NCBI RefSeq assembly: GCF_009834535.1
Contig: NC_045697.1
Coordinates: 82,648,001 to 82,712,000 of the forward strand
Direction of reading: 5' to 3'
Source of the DNA: Camelus ferus
Taxonomy: Eukaryota
Length of the DNA stretch: 64,000 nt
The notes below the pieces were generated by a model, which was not told the origin of the DNA, searched no databases, and saw nothing but the letters and a program-made list of their open reading frames with translations. This document shows positions 26,361-37,850 of this stretch, one piece after another. How positions within the stretch are numbered: the first letter of the stretch is position 1; each line of letters starts with the position of its first letter. The translations under genes and the position numbers were made by a program.

Positions 26361-27329
26361 GATTATGATCATCATAATGTCTGTATCATTGGGAGTACCA
26401 TCTGCTTGCACTTATATCTCTGCAGGTATCTCACTGACTGGCTATCAGCCTTTCCTCTTTACCTCATCCACCACGGCCACCATATTTCACCTTCCGGGCA
26501 AGCCCCTTGCCCAATTGAGTCATGTGTACCTACATATTTTCTGGGACGTAGCTTGCCTTAATTTTGGACTGGTTGAACTTTGTGATGTTGAATTATTTTC
26601 TGTATCTTTCATGGATTTATGATATTTAGTGACTTTACTATACATTTTAATTAATTAAAAATACATTCTTGATATTACCTGAGTTAATATGTTGTGGTTT
26701 AGGCACATTCAAGCCTTAAATTACAAAAGGTATCTCTCAAGCAGAAAGGCTGATGTCAAAGAAATAGTACCATACCCCTGGTCTCTGTAGAAGCTCACGT
26801 TTTCCAGGGTGTTAAGGGAACTGCCTAGATACAGACAAGAAATGTTATACCTGGCCCCCTCTCTGGGGGCTAAAATTATTTTCTTTCTTGGGTTTCTGAA
26901 TTGCTTTCTGAGGATGCATTTTTAAAGTCTCCAGTGCGTTTAAAGTCCCGCATAAAAATTTTCCTTGTTAAAATCAATCTTTTACTTCTAGAGTCTAGAA
27001 TATAACTCAAAATATTTAAAGCATTAGCAAATATTTTCAGGATTATTTTATGCTATCCTGCCTGTGTGACGAGAGTAACTATAATGCAAATTTAATTATA
27101 TAAATTGAAAATCTGGAATTCAAAAATAAATGTATATGTCTTTCTTCAAATTTAATATATTTTTGTTTAAAAAGTAAAGCAGTTAAGTCCTAAAGAAAGA
27201 TAACTTTTGTGGCATTTGTAATAAATTATTTTTGGCTCTACATTTACCTTTTGATTATGTGTAATTTGGATATTTAACAGAAACTGGAAAAATAAACCAT
27301 CTGCTTATTTTATAGGTGGTTTGGATACT

Positions 27330-27674
27330 GACATATCCTGTGCCCTGTAGATCTGACAGTGAGTGGAGGTGAACGTAAGTGCACATATTTTGTTTACAGT
27401 CAGATTGCTACAAGACTGGAGAATTCCTGGCAAGGACTCAGCCAATGAGAAGATTGTCACAATTTAGCAGATGAAAAGCCATGGACTCTTTGTTTACTAT
27501 AGCTCACCCAACTTCCTTTTTTCCCTCCTATGAAAGAGTTCTTTTCTTCATTTTTGCTAGGGACTTGCCTATGGCTTTCCATGGTTGCAGACTCTGAATT
27601 GCAATTATTTACTGATCCCATACATTCCCATTTTGTTGGAGAAATAACTGACGTTCTGTTTATTTTAGTGAACA
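27330..27674 (+). mobile_element. Old ERV1-type LTR (MER89/MER110-like; family uncertain)
   Basis: CAGCCAATGAGA CCAAT box, CCTATGAAAG TATA-like element, GCAGACTCTGAATTGCAATT...GGAGAAATAACTG...TTTATTTTAGTGAACA 3' end. Confidence 0.6.
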
Positions 27675-30059
27675 TGTGTAAAAGATTAGTTTGCTATTTA
27701 TATTCTAGAGTATTTTAATCCACCTTACAGATAAGAAGGAAAACTAATTATTATGTCTATCACTTACATCAGTAAAATTTTTTCTCAGCTTTCTTAATTA
27801 TAGAGGTGGAGGTATGAAAATGCTTTACAATTATTCAAATCTTTACATAAATGTTACATTTTTAAGTTGAGAAGCCTCAGTTTTGAACCAAGATAGGACT
27901 TTCTGTGTGAAGAGGTTTCTAGAGGTGGATTCTATTTAGTCCAGAAATTAAAGATACTAATCATATCTCAGCACGCATTTTGAATAATATTTCTGTATTT
28001 TTTACTACAACATATTTTTAACATACATGTATGATTTGCCCTTCTCATGCTCATAGTTTTTGCTTTTTAACTCTGAGCCTGATGTTTCACTGAGTATTTG
28101 TTAAAGAGCTGTTGTAAACCAACATTATTCTTGTTCTTATATATGCACAAAGAATCGTTACAAATGATCTCTTAGGAAAAAAGGACTATAGAAATATAAG
28201 TCATAACATGTGTTCATGGTGAGGAGTAGGAAAAGGACAGATGTGGAGGGCATTTCTGAGGATTCCGCAAGTCTACCTTTTCAGGTTGACAACTCTGACC
28301 ATCCAATTTGTATAAGATTGTTCTCAGATCACTTAATTACTTGGGCAGCCCTTTTGCAGACCAATATTTGTTGTGGAGGTGGGGTTCAAAGCTTGGGAAG
28401 ACATAATGAGAGTAAGTGAACTGACTCTATGACTAGATAACGCCCTAGGCAGTGACTGTGAGCCTAGAAAGTAAGGAGATTGTGATTCTTTTGTAAATAA
28501 GTACCAAGTCTATTTTCTACGGGACTATCAGGGATACATGAATTTAGCACTTAAAAAAGGTATTTGTCTTCATTAATTACCATTAAATAAGTTTCTTCAC
28601 TGTCTTGCTTTCTTTGTTGAAATCATTATTAAAAGTATGTTTTGAATGAATCATCAATGACTCTTTTAGAACAATTTAAGAAATAAATTATATAAACATC
28701 CAAATCATAATAAGCAATAAAGTATTGTGAAAGGCATGTTTCAGAAAGACATATTTATAGGTTTTAAAAAGTTAGAAATATCATTACATTTTCAGTCCTC
28801 ACTGGTCATTGCACTTGCTGATCTCATTATCCTCTTTTTGCTAAGGAATGAAAATTCGAATAGGTCATATATAGGATGATGAAAAGTTTCCATCTGTAAC
28901 ACTTTCCGTTTTTTTTTATAACACTTTTCTACTGCATTTTTTTTTTTCATCCATAATGCAGCCTTTTATGGGTCTCCCATCTATCCCAATGGCTGTCAAA
29001 ATGATTGATGAAGCCGTTCCTTGAAAAATATTTAGGAGCTTCAGTCCACGGGTCTGTGGACAAGAGAGCAATGAAAAGCCTTATGAGCATGCCTACACTA
29101 TAATTCCAGTGGGTCAATGAGACTAGAATTTGTATAATCATTTATTAAATAAAGCATTAGTTAAAAGTAAGTTTTAGCAAAAACCATTAAGTTTTGAATT
29201 GGTGTTGGTTTGGCTGTTTTGTGGTGGGTACAGCTCAATCACTTTCATGTGCTTAGCCCAGAAATCACACAAAGATTTCATCAAGGATCAATGTTATCCT
29301 TACAACCTAGGTGCTCTATACTTGCTGCAAAGTAAGATTTAAATTTATATGAACCTCAGTTTATCATGTACATGTAGTAGTATCATGTCAGTTATCTCCT
29401 TGCTTTATCTTCCTTCTTTTTCCTTGGTGTTTATGCATCCAAATAAGATACTGATTTTCTCAAACTAACCTATCCATTGTCAACTTGGAGGAAGAAAATT
29501 AATGAGACTATAGAACCAGATAAAGAAATGTTCAAATCTTCTTTCCACCATATACTTGATGAGACTTCATTTTCTTATCTTTATACAGGGCTAATAATGT
29601 TTATGTCCCATTATTACTATCAGTATTTCAATGCAATGGTTCACTAAGAAGATTATCAGGACTTAAAAATGCTAGTTTATTTTTCTTACATTTTCATTTT
29701 AGGTTAAGATACGATAAATGTGAAGAAAAACACAAATGATACTTCATTGTCTAATTGTTTAAACAAATTTCAGGCCAACGTAGATTGTCAAACAACCTTT
29801 AAAGCAATAATCATTCTGCACATTGACACTAATCATGGCGAACTGCACAGAAAACAGATGATAATAACCTAATCAAAAGAAGAAAAAATCAGTTTATAAT
29901 GAGAATAATGTTTAAAATAGACTGAAAATTGAAAATGGAACATAAACAAATAAATAACAAGTAAATCAAAGACCATCCTCTCAACCTTTATGTCAATTGC
30001 AATGAATTTAGAAATCTAAAATTGTCATATATTGCATGATGTATCAGCACTCTTTAAGT

Positions 30060-30295
30060 CTACAACGTTTTACTCTTTTTGCCTTTCTTCTAGTTCATTT
30101 AGAATAATTGCCTACATTGCTGTTACAATCACGTAGCCACCAGGATATAAACTGTAGGAGGACAAGGACTTTTGTCTCTTTGTTCATTACTGTATCCCAA
30201 GTACCTGCTTCAGTGACTGACAAACAAGAGAGTTTTCAGAAGATATCTCATAAATGAGTAATTGAAGAAATGAGCAAGCAAACATATCAACAAGC
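30060..30295 (+). mobile_element. L2 LINE 3' end
   Basis: GAGGACAAGGACTTTTGTCTCTTTGTTCATTACTGTATCCCAAGTACCTG...CAGTGACTGACAAA...AAATGAGTAATTGAA. Confidence 0.75.
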
Positions 30296-30434
30296 AAATT
30301 AGATATTGTCTAACAACAATCTGTACTTCTCAGTCTATTAAACCTCAGATAGGTGTCAATTTTACAGAAGTAGACATTATTATTAACCTTTCACAGATGA
30401 GGAAGCCAAGTCATAAATTTTAAAATGAAAACCC

Positions 30435-31577
30435 AACTCATTCCTGAGAAAGAAAATGAAGCTGGAGGCATCACACTTCCTGATCAAAACAGATACATAG
30501 ATCAATGAAACCAAATAGAGCCCGTAAAAACAAACCCATGCATATATGGTTAATTAATTTTCAATAAAGAAGTCAAGAATATACAATGAGAGAAGAATAG
30601 TCTCTTCAGTAAATGATGATGGGAAGACAGACAGAAGTAAAAAAATTAAACTAGACCCCTACCCCACACCATACACAAAAATAAACTCCAAATTGATTAA
30701 AAACTTGAATGTAATCCCTGAAACTAAAATTCCTAAGAAAGAACATAGAGGATAAGCTCCCTGAGATTGGTCTTGGCAACATTTTTTTGGATTTGACACC
30801 AAAACCAAAGGCAATAAAAGCAAAATAAATACGTAGGACTACATCACACTAAAAAGCTTCTGCACAGCAAAGGAAACCATCAAGGAAATGAAAAGGTAAC
30901 TTGAGGGATGGGAGAAAATATTTGCAAACTACAAATCTCATAAGGGGTTAATAGCCAACATATACAAGAAACTCATACAACTCAATAGGAAAAAATCGAA
31001 TAACTCAATTTAAAAAATGGTCAAAGGACCTAAATAGTTAATTTTCCAAATAAGATGTACAAGCGGCCATCAAGTCTATGAAAAGGTGCTCAACATCAGT
31101 AATCATCAGGGAAATGTAAATCAAAACCACAATGAGATATTATTTTATACTTATTAGAATGGCTATTATCAAGTATACAGGAGATAACAAATGCTGCTGA
31201 GAATGTGAAGAAAAGAGAACCCTCCAACACTGTTGTTGGAAATGTAGTTTGGTATAGCCACTATGGAAAATAGTATAGAGATTACTTAAAAAACTAAAAA
31301 TAGTCTTATCATGTGATCCAGAAATCCCACTCCTGGGCATATATCCAGAGGAAACTCTAATTTGAAAAGATACATGCACTCTAATGTTCATAGCAGCACT
31401 ATTTACTATAGGTAAGACATGGAAGCAACTTAAACGTCTGCTGACAGATGACTGGATAAAGAAGTTGTAGTGTGTATATATACAATGAAATACCACTCAG
31501 CCATAACAAACAATTAAATAATATCATTTGCAGTAACATGGATGGACCTAGAGACTATCATAGTAAGTGAAGTAAGA
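30435..31577 (+). mobile_element. L1 ORF2 fragment (degenerate, no 3' UTR)
   Basis: GCTGGAGGCATCACACTTCCTGA, CTAAAAAGCTTCTGCACAGCAAAGGAAACCATC, ATCATCAGGGAAATGTAAATCAAAACCACAATGAGATA and AATGTTCATAGCAGCACTATT are canonical L1 ORF2 segments; many stops and indels. Confidence 0.95.
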
Positions 31578-34294
31578 GGCTAGTTCTTGTAGGTCTCTAA
31601 CCTGAAACATACTAGAAAGATTTCTTGGACTTCGATCAAATTGACATGCCAAAAAAATCATCAGAGCAATAGCTTATTTATTTATAATTATATTACATGT
31701 TAGATTTGTTTCAAAGGCAAATTAAACTCTCCATATTTGCAAACTTGATCATTCTGTTACTTTTAAAAGTTACATTTAGAAGTATTTCTATGTGCAGGTA
31801 TGTGTGTATACTTCATATATTATGAGACAATTTGATCCTTTGAATACAAGTTGATATATTTTAATATATTCTTGGATGTTTAAATTTCTTTTTCTATCTT
31901 TGCTTTTTGATGTCTTATAATCTTGTTATTGGCCCTCCCCATCTATTATTACCAACTAAGACTAGATTTTATAATGTGGTTCTAGCTTCTTGCTCATTAG
32001 AGACAGTATAAGTACTACATATGTAGAAACTGGACAGTTGAGCAGTAGGCTCAGTTCCTGATGCAATGAGCTGTGTTATTTTCTCCGGCTTTTATAGGTC
32101 CCTGGCTTCATATTTCTGAAACTGCACGTTATCACTGGCAACAGTTCTGTTAGATCATCTAGCAAGAGTGATGAGAAAGGCAACCCATGGCCCCAGGTGC
32201 AAACAGTGATCTTAGCTGTGATCCCCCATTTCATACGGAAAATTAGTCCATGTTACCATCAGTCTGGTTTCTAGATAACACTTCCTGACCACAATTCTTG
32301 TCCTTCTTTGGCATATCTTTCACAGTGTATTTATTTTGTGTTAGAGTACGGATATTGTCTTTTCTTCAATGTTGACATTTAACGTTTATTTATTATTGCA
32401 ATGTTTTATAAGCATCATTTACGTCATAGGGTTCAAAGTGTGAATTTATGATGCCGTTCTGAATCAGAGTCTTCTGTTGTATTGAACACACTTTACATTA
32501 TTGCCAATTTTTTCTTCTATCAATTTGAATCAGATATATTCTAAATCTATTTTTAGTGGTTATTGTAAATTTACAACATGCATTCTTAGTTTCAGTTTTC
32601 TTTTTCTAATGAATTCTCAAGCTACTCATTATTTTTATCCTGCTCAAATCGGACCAGAATTATAGAATCATTTACCATTTAGCCAACCTCAAATCAGCTA
32701 TTATTGTTTTATTTTATAGTTATAACTTATTTAGATTTACTCACATGTTTTTCCTTCCAAATTTTCTTTTTCCCTGCACGGTATTCATTTGTGCATTTCA
32801 ATTTTTCCATTTAGGTTCAATTTCCTTCTTGACTTACATCAAATAGAAGTATGCTACTGGAAAACTAGCTGAACATTTTATGGGAAGATGTGGCTTTTAG
32901 GAATGTTGGATTCAGACAAGCCTCAGAGTCTATTCTGTTTACCCCTTTTGTGCTACAAAGATGGATTTCAGTAACACTAGGGCCATTCCTGCCCCATAGA
33001 AACCCAGCAAAAGAGTCTTACAAATGTCTTGGGCTACACTTTCATTGCACCAGGCTATCCTGATCCAGTCACTGGGGGTAAGAAAAATGAATTTCAAAAT
33101 AAAATTAACAGCATTAAACCCCTATTTCTTGAGAATGGGTTATGCATGGTTGCTTTTTTTTTTCCAGAAAGAGCTGTAGATGGATGCTGGGAGCACCGCA
33201 GCCATCAACTGCATTTAGTCATATGACTAAAATCTATAGACGGCTGGAGTCATTGTATCCAAATCAAAAAGTATATATATTTATGTATATATCCTGAGAA
33301 TCAACAACACTTTTTATACACACACGTATGAAAATCTCCAACATTTACAGAACACTGTCAAAAATTATTATATTGGGATTGAAAGTTTCTATAAGGCATA
33401 GTGGTTCTATTCACTCATATCTTTTTAGAAATGTAGAAATTGAGGAGCCAACAGAAGTTAAGAAATTAAAAACTGTGACTAGTTAGTGAGGAATCATGAT
33501 TTTGGATCCAGGTCTTCTGATTCCAAAACCACGTTATTCAAAGATTAGCCTTTTATTCATGTTCATCTGTTCTTATTCTCCCTTTCTCATAGATTATTCT
33601 CTGACATAGTATGAGGGAATAGGTTTAGAATTTTTCAAATTATAATAGTTAAATATTTATAACATATTTCATTTGTTTATGCACTATACCAAATAAGGAA
33701 CTATACTTTTAAATGTCTGTTTCATTCAAATACACTAAATGTAATTCCTATGTGTACCTTCAACTAGTTAAACTAATCAAGATTTTGCAAAGATATACCT
33801 ACATAAAATATGAATTGTGTGCACTTGTATACTCAATCTGTTTAATTGTCAATTATAATTATTTCTTTTTAAATTTTTTTAACTAATAAGATCATAGGAA
33901 GAATAGAATACACATTTCAAGGGATTGGTAAACTTGGTATTTGGGGAAGGAAGTTGTAAGAAAAAAAATATAAAGGATAGAACATATCATTAGCCTTGTG
34001 GGGAAGATTCTTGCAACATGTACTAAAATGCAACCGTTACCTGAAAGTACTTTAGATTTATGAACAGTAACATCACAGAGAGCCGCGATATGAACAATTA
34101 AATATAAATAAGTTAATTTTAATATGACTTGGTAGTTTTGATTGATCTTCCAGAGCTTTGTTGACAATACATCAAGAATCAATTTAGGATTCAGTAGAAA
34201 ACAAAGTTTATAATCCTCACATAATGGATGTTGATGCCTCAGGCAATACAGGGATGTAAAAATGATTTTAAAATGCCCCTTTCCTGTGTAATCA

Positions 34295-34375
34295 ATAAAA
34301 CTTCTTTCTAAAATAGTTTAGGTTCAAAACATTCATAAAAACTTCTCTCTAAAATAGGTTAGGTTCAAAATATTT
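34295..34375 (+). repeat. Two-copy ~40-bp tandem duplication
   Basis: ATAAAACTTCTTTCTAAAATAGTTTAGGTTCAAAACATTC / ATAAAAACTTCTCTCTAAAATAGGTTAGGTTCAAAATATTT. Confidence 0.9.
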
Positions 34376-35339
34376 GACTTGCTGTATTTGGAGAATTCCA
34401 ACTAAACCACTTATTATTACTTTTAAATACTGACTCATTAAACATCACATCCTCCAGCTTATTAGCTCCCTATTAGATGTATTATTTAAAAGCAATTCCT
34501 TTCAGCTTTTATAACATTAAAATTTTAAGTTTTATTTTGTTTTCAAAGAATGCACAAAGCTAACTTCTGGAATTAATTATTAATTCCTTTTAAGTGTTAA
34601 TGAGTCATTTATACATACATTTACACATTATATAATGAAACTTCCTGTACTGTCATGATTTTTAATTTATACTCGCTTTTTGTCAACATTTAAGAATTGT
34701 GGTAATATGATTTATGTTACAGTTTGATTATATACAAATGTATATAGATTTTAAGTTGCATGCTCACTGTCTATTTAAAAAATATTCTTATCTTCAGGAA
34801 AATTTTATGATTTATGAAGCACAAAAATTTGGAACTTAACTTTCATGTATAAAGTTTCTATGAAACTGCCTTTTGGTGAATTTTCATTTATGTAATGAAT
34901 TTAATAAGAATGCATATATGTTCTAGAACTATGCTAATAATAATATACTATCTCATTCAAATAAAAATCACCTCAATATTTTAGATATCTGTGCCTCATC
35001 ACTTAACTCTTTTTCTATTGTTTATAATTATAAATACTAAAATAAATTTAATGTTAAATAATTACATTATTTTCATAGGTATAATATGTATATATGAGTG
35101 TGAATGTGTATTGTTGGACTTCAATGCAATTTTAAGTTATGGTTCTGAAATAGATTTCAAAATCTGTTTGTATGTACCAGGGGTATGTTACATAATGTTC
35201 CCATAATCCTTAAAGAGAAATAGAGAAAATACCTCTTGAATTACTATAATAACTTAACTGATTGCTTTAGGTTTGTTATGATAAATACAAAGTAATTACT
35301 GAGTTCTCATTATACTCATAACTTTACAGGGTTATCATA

Positions 35340-35627
35340 TGTCAGCAGCCTTAAGTGAGTAGGCCGTGGGACCCAGGTCAAAGTTCACAATAACTTGCAT
35401 GTGTTAAGAAGGAAATGTATGCATGCGCTAGTAGCGTGAGTCAGCATTATGAACAATACGCATGCGCCACTAGCATTCTAAAAGGACAAGTAGGTACACC
35501 TGAAGCGCCCACGCCACCCGCTTGTGCTGCAATAAAGTGCTGTTTCACTCCATGCCAGCTCCTCGCGCCTTCGTCCAGTTGGGCAGCTCACCTCCTGGAA
35601 TCCCTCTTCAGCCTCCCTCGGCTGACA
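35340..35627 (+). mobile_element. Compact, young solo LTR (288 bp), family not recognised
   Basis: TGTCAGC...GCTGACA 7-bp inverted termini; perfect 5-bp TSD TCATA (35335-35339, 35628-35632); AATAAA at 35531; about 12 CpGs retained. Confidence 0.9.
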
Positions 35628-35632
35628 TCATA

Positions 35633-35822
35633 TTTAACACTCACAACAATCACAATAATTCTGTATTGCTTATTTTCCCCATTTCATAGATGAATAAATT
35701 GAGGCACAGAGAATAAACAAGCTGTCCAAGAAAACACAGCTAGTAAATAGTCAAACCCAAGATGCACACCTGGGCAGATGGATTTGAGTGTCTGTGATCT
35801 TAAGAACTGCACCAAACTGCCC
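35633..35822 (-). mobile_element. MIR SINE (interrupted by the LTR at 35340-35627)
   Basis: TCCCCATTTCATAGATGAATAAATTGAGGCACAGAGA...TCCAAGAAAACACAGCTAGTAAATAG is the antisense MIR core. Confidence 0.8.
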
Positions 35823-37695
35823 CATCTACACAAAACCCCACAAAGGACATGAAGGAAATGAGCTGGGGAGACTCAGAATCCCTATAGTCAGGAAGATCAA
35901 CTGAGTTAGGCAGAGCAGAAGCAATGCTGAATGGCTGTATGACGCACCTGTTGTGCCCTGTCCCTGGAGGCTGAATACATTTCCTAATTTGGGTGCTTTC
36001 TTTCTACTTTCCTTTCATTTTTCTTATACCCCTTCCATTTTCTAATGTTTTCAAAGTGTGATGGCTTCTGGAAAACCTCTGACTCTGCATGTGGCTCTAG
36101 GGAGTATGAAGCTCACCATCACGCGTTTTCAATTAATCGAACACGCAATCGAAAGTAACCGAGGGTAGCGCGTTAGAAAACATGGGCTTTTTTAACGATC
36201 GCATATGGAGTCAACATGTATATCAGTAAAAGCATTTCCTCTTAAAACAATCTGATTTCATACATAAAATGCATTAGAAACATCCCAATTTCCTATCGAG
36301 ATAGTTTATTTTCATTTTCCTTTTGCTGTTCTACTTTAGAAAAGACAACGCAATGAGTAATGATGTGAAGTAAAAATTTAGAATTATGATGAATATGGGG
36401 ACTTAGTTCTCCTATCTTCACCCTTTTTTTCACTTTGCCTTCTTCTGGAGAGGGTGAAAAGTTAAAATGTTCCCCAGACTCCTATCAGAAGACTGGTTTC
36501 TGTCAATTAGATGGGCTCACTTGAGATGTGGAAGGTTGAAATGTCTCTGGCTTGGTTGTTTTTATGGCAGCAAACACAATTGTGTGAAAAAATGCTTTTT
36601 TCTGAGCAAGATTTCAGTGTCCAGCCTCTTTCTTTTGGGAGGAGGGAAGTGGTCATGAAGCAACTGCAGTGGGGATAGTGGAGGTCTCTCTTCTCCCTTG
36701 CTTCCTGATAAAGCCAGAGCAGCAGTTCCCGCAGGGGACAGTCCCAAGGCATCTTGCAGTCATTCTTGGAGACTGAGACTAAAGCCAACTCCTCTAGCCT
36801 TTCTAATAATAATAGAATGAGAACTTAGATTATTAATATATTATTGAATTCCTTTTCACTTGAAATATTTTAAGTAGATTTTTTTTTTCTGCAGCAGAAC
36901 CTTGGTGACATGGTTTAATAAGCAATGGCAAATGTTCATGTCATGGAAAATGAAGGCAAATCATCTTTTATAACAAAACAGATAAACAAATTGTTTGTTT
37001 TCCTGCTTGTATTAACAAAAATAAGATAATTTACAAGATAGATTGTTAGGTTGGATAAAAAGACTCTATATCGAGCATTTAAGTATAAAACAAATGTTTA
37101 GAAGTAACTGCTGTGGCTAATTTAACAATCTGAAAACACCTGCTTAAGTGGTTGGTTTCATTAGCTAGCAGAATTTCTTACAAATACATGGGTAATCTCC
37201 AAATGCAATAATTTTTCAAGTCTCTTCCAGCCCAATAGATATAAACCCACATTATATTGATACTTGTCAAATGACTAGTGAATCTTGAATCATGAGGAAA
37301 ATACATACGAGATTTAGAAGATCGTGAAAACAAGGCAATATTCATAAAAGATGGTAAATTGACATACCCAGTTTTATAAACATATTAAGTGGAATTTATC
37401 TGTCTAGGTATAACCTAATCATTTCCTTCTCAAATGGCTGAATAATAGAGTGAAACTACTGGATGTGACCCAGCTTTTTAAGACATGTAATCCTCTGATA
37501 ATCTTAAAATATTGTGAGACTCCAATGGTGTTTACAATAAAATCTTTAGGCATTGATGTCATGTATTGGGATTTACCCTTTTAAATCTAAACATATAACA
37601 ATACAATTCTATTATGATTTTTCCTTTTTAAAAAAATTAGTGTAGAGAAAAACCCCTTTATATAGACAAGCAGGATTGAATTGAAAAGTTTTGTT

Positions 37696-37850
37696 GGGGG
37701 AGGGTATAGCTCAAGTGGTAGAGTGCATGCTCAGCATGCATGAGGTCCTGGGTTCAATCCCCAGTACCTCCTCTAAAAATAGCCTAACCTAATTATCCTC
37801 TCCCAAAATAAGATAATGTAATATAATAATAAATAAATAAAATATTTTTT
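37696..37850 (+). mobile_element. tRNA-Ala-derived SINE (camelid Vic-1-like)
   Basis: GGGGGAGGGTATAGCTCAAGTGGTAGAGTGCATGCTCAGCATGCATGAGGTCCTGGGTTCAATCCCCAGTACCTCC plus A-rich tail; perfect 11-bp TSD AAAGTTTTGTT (37685-37695, 37851-37861). Confidence 0.93.

Noticed and set aside
37696..37772. Functional tRNA-Ala gene (also 508-585)
   Set aside because: Has an A-rich tail, TSDs, CpG-decay substitutions in the stems and an altered 5' acceptor end, so it is a SINE.
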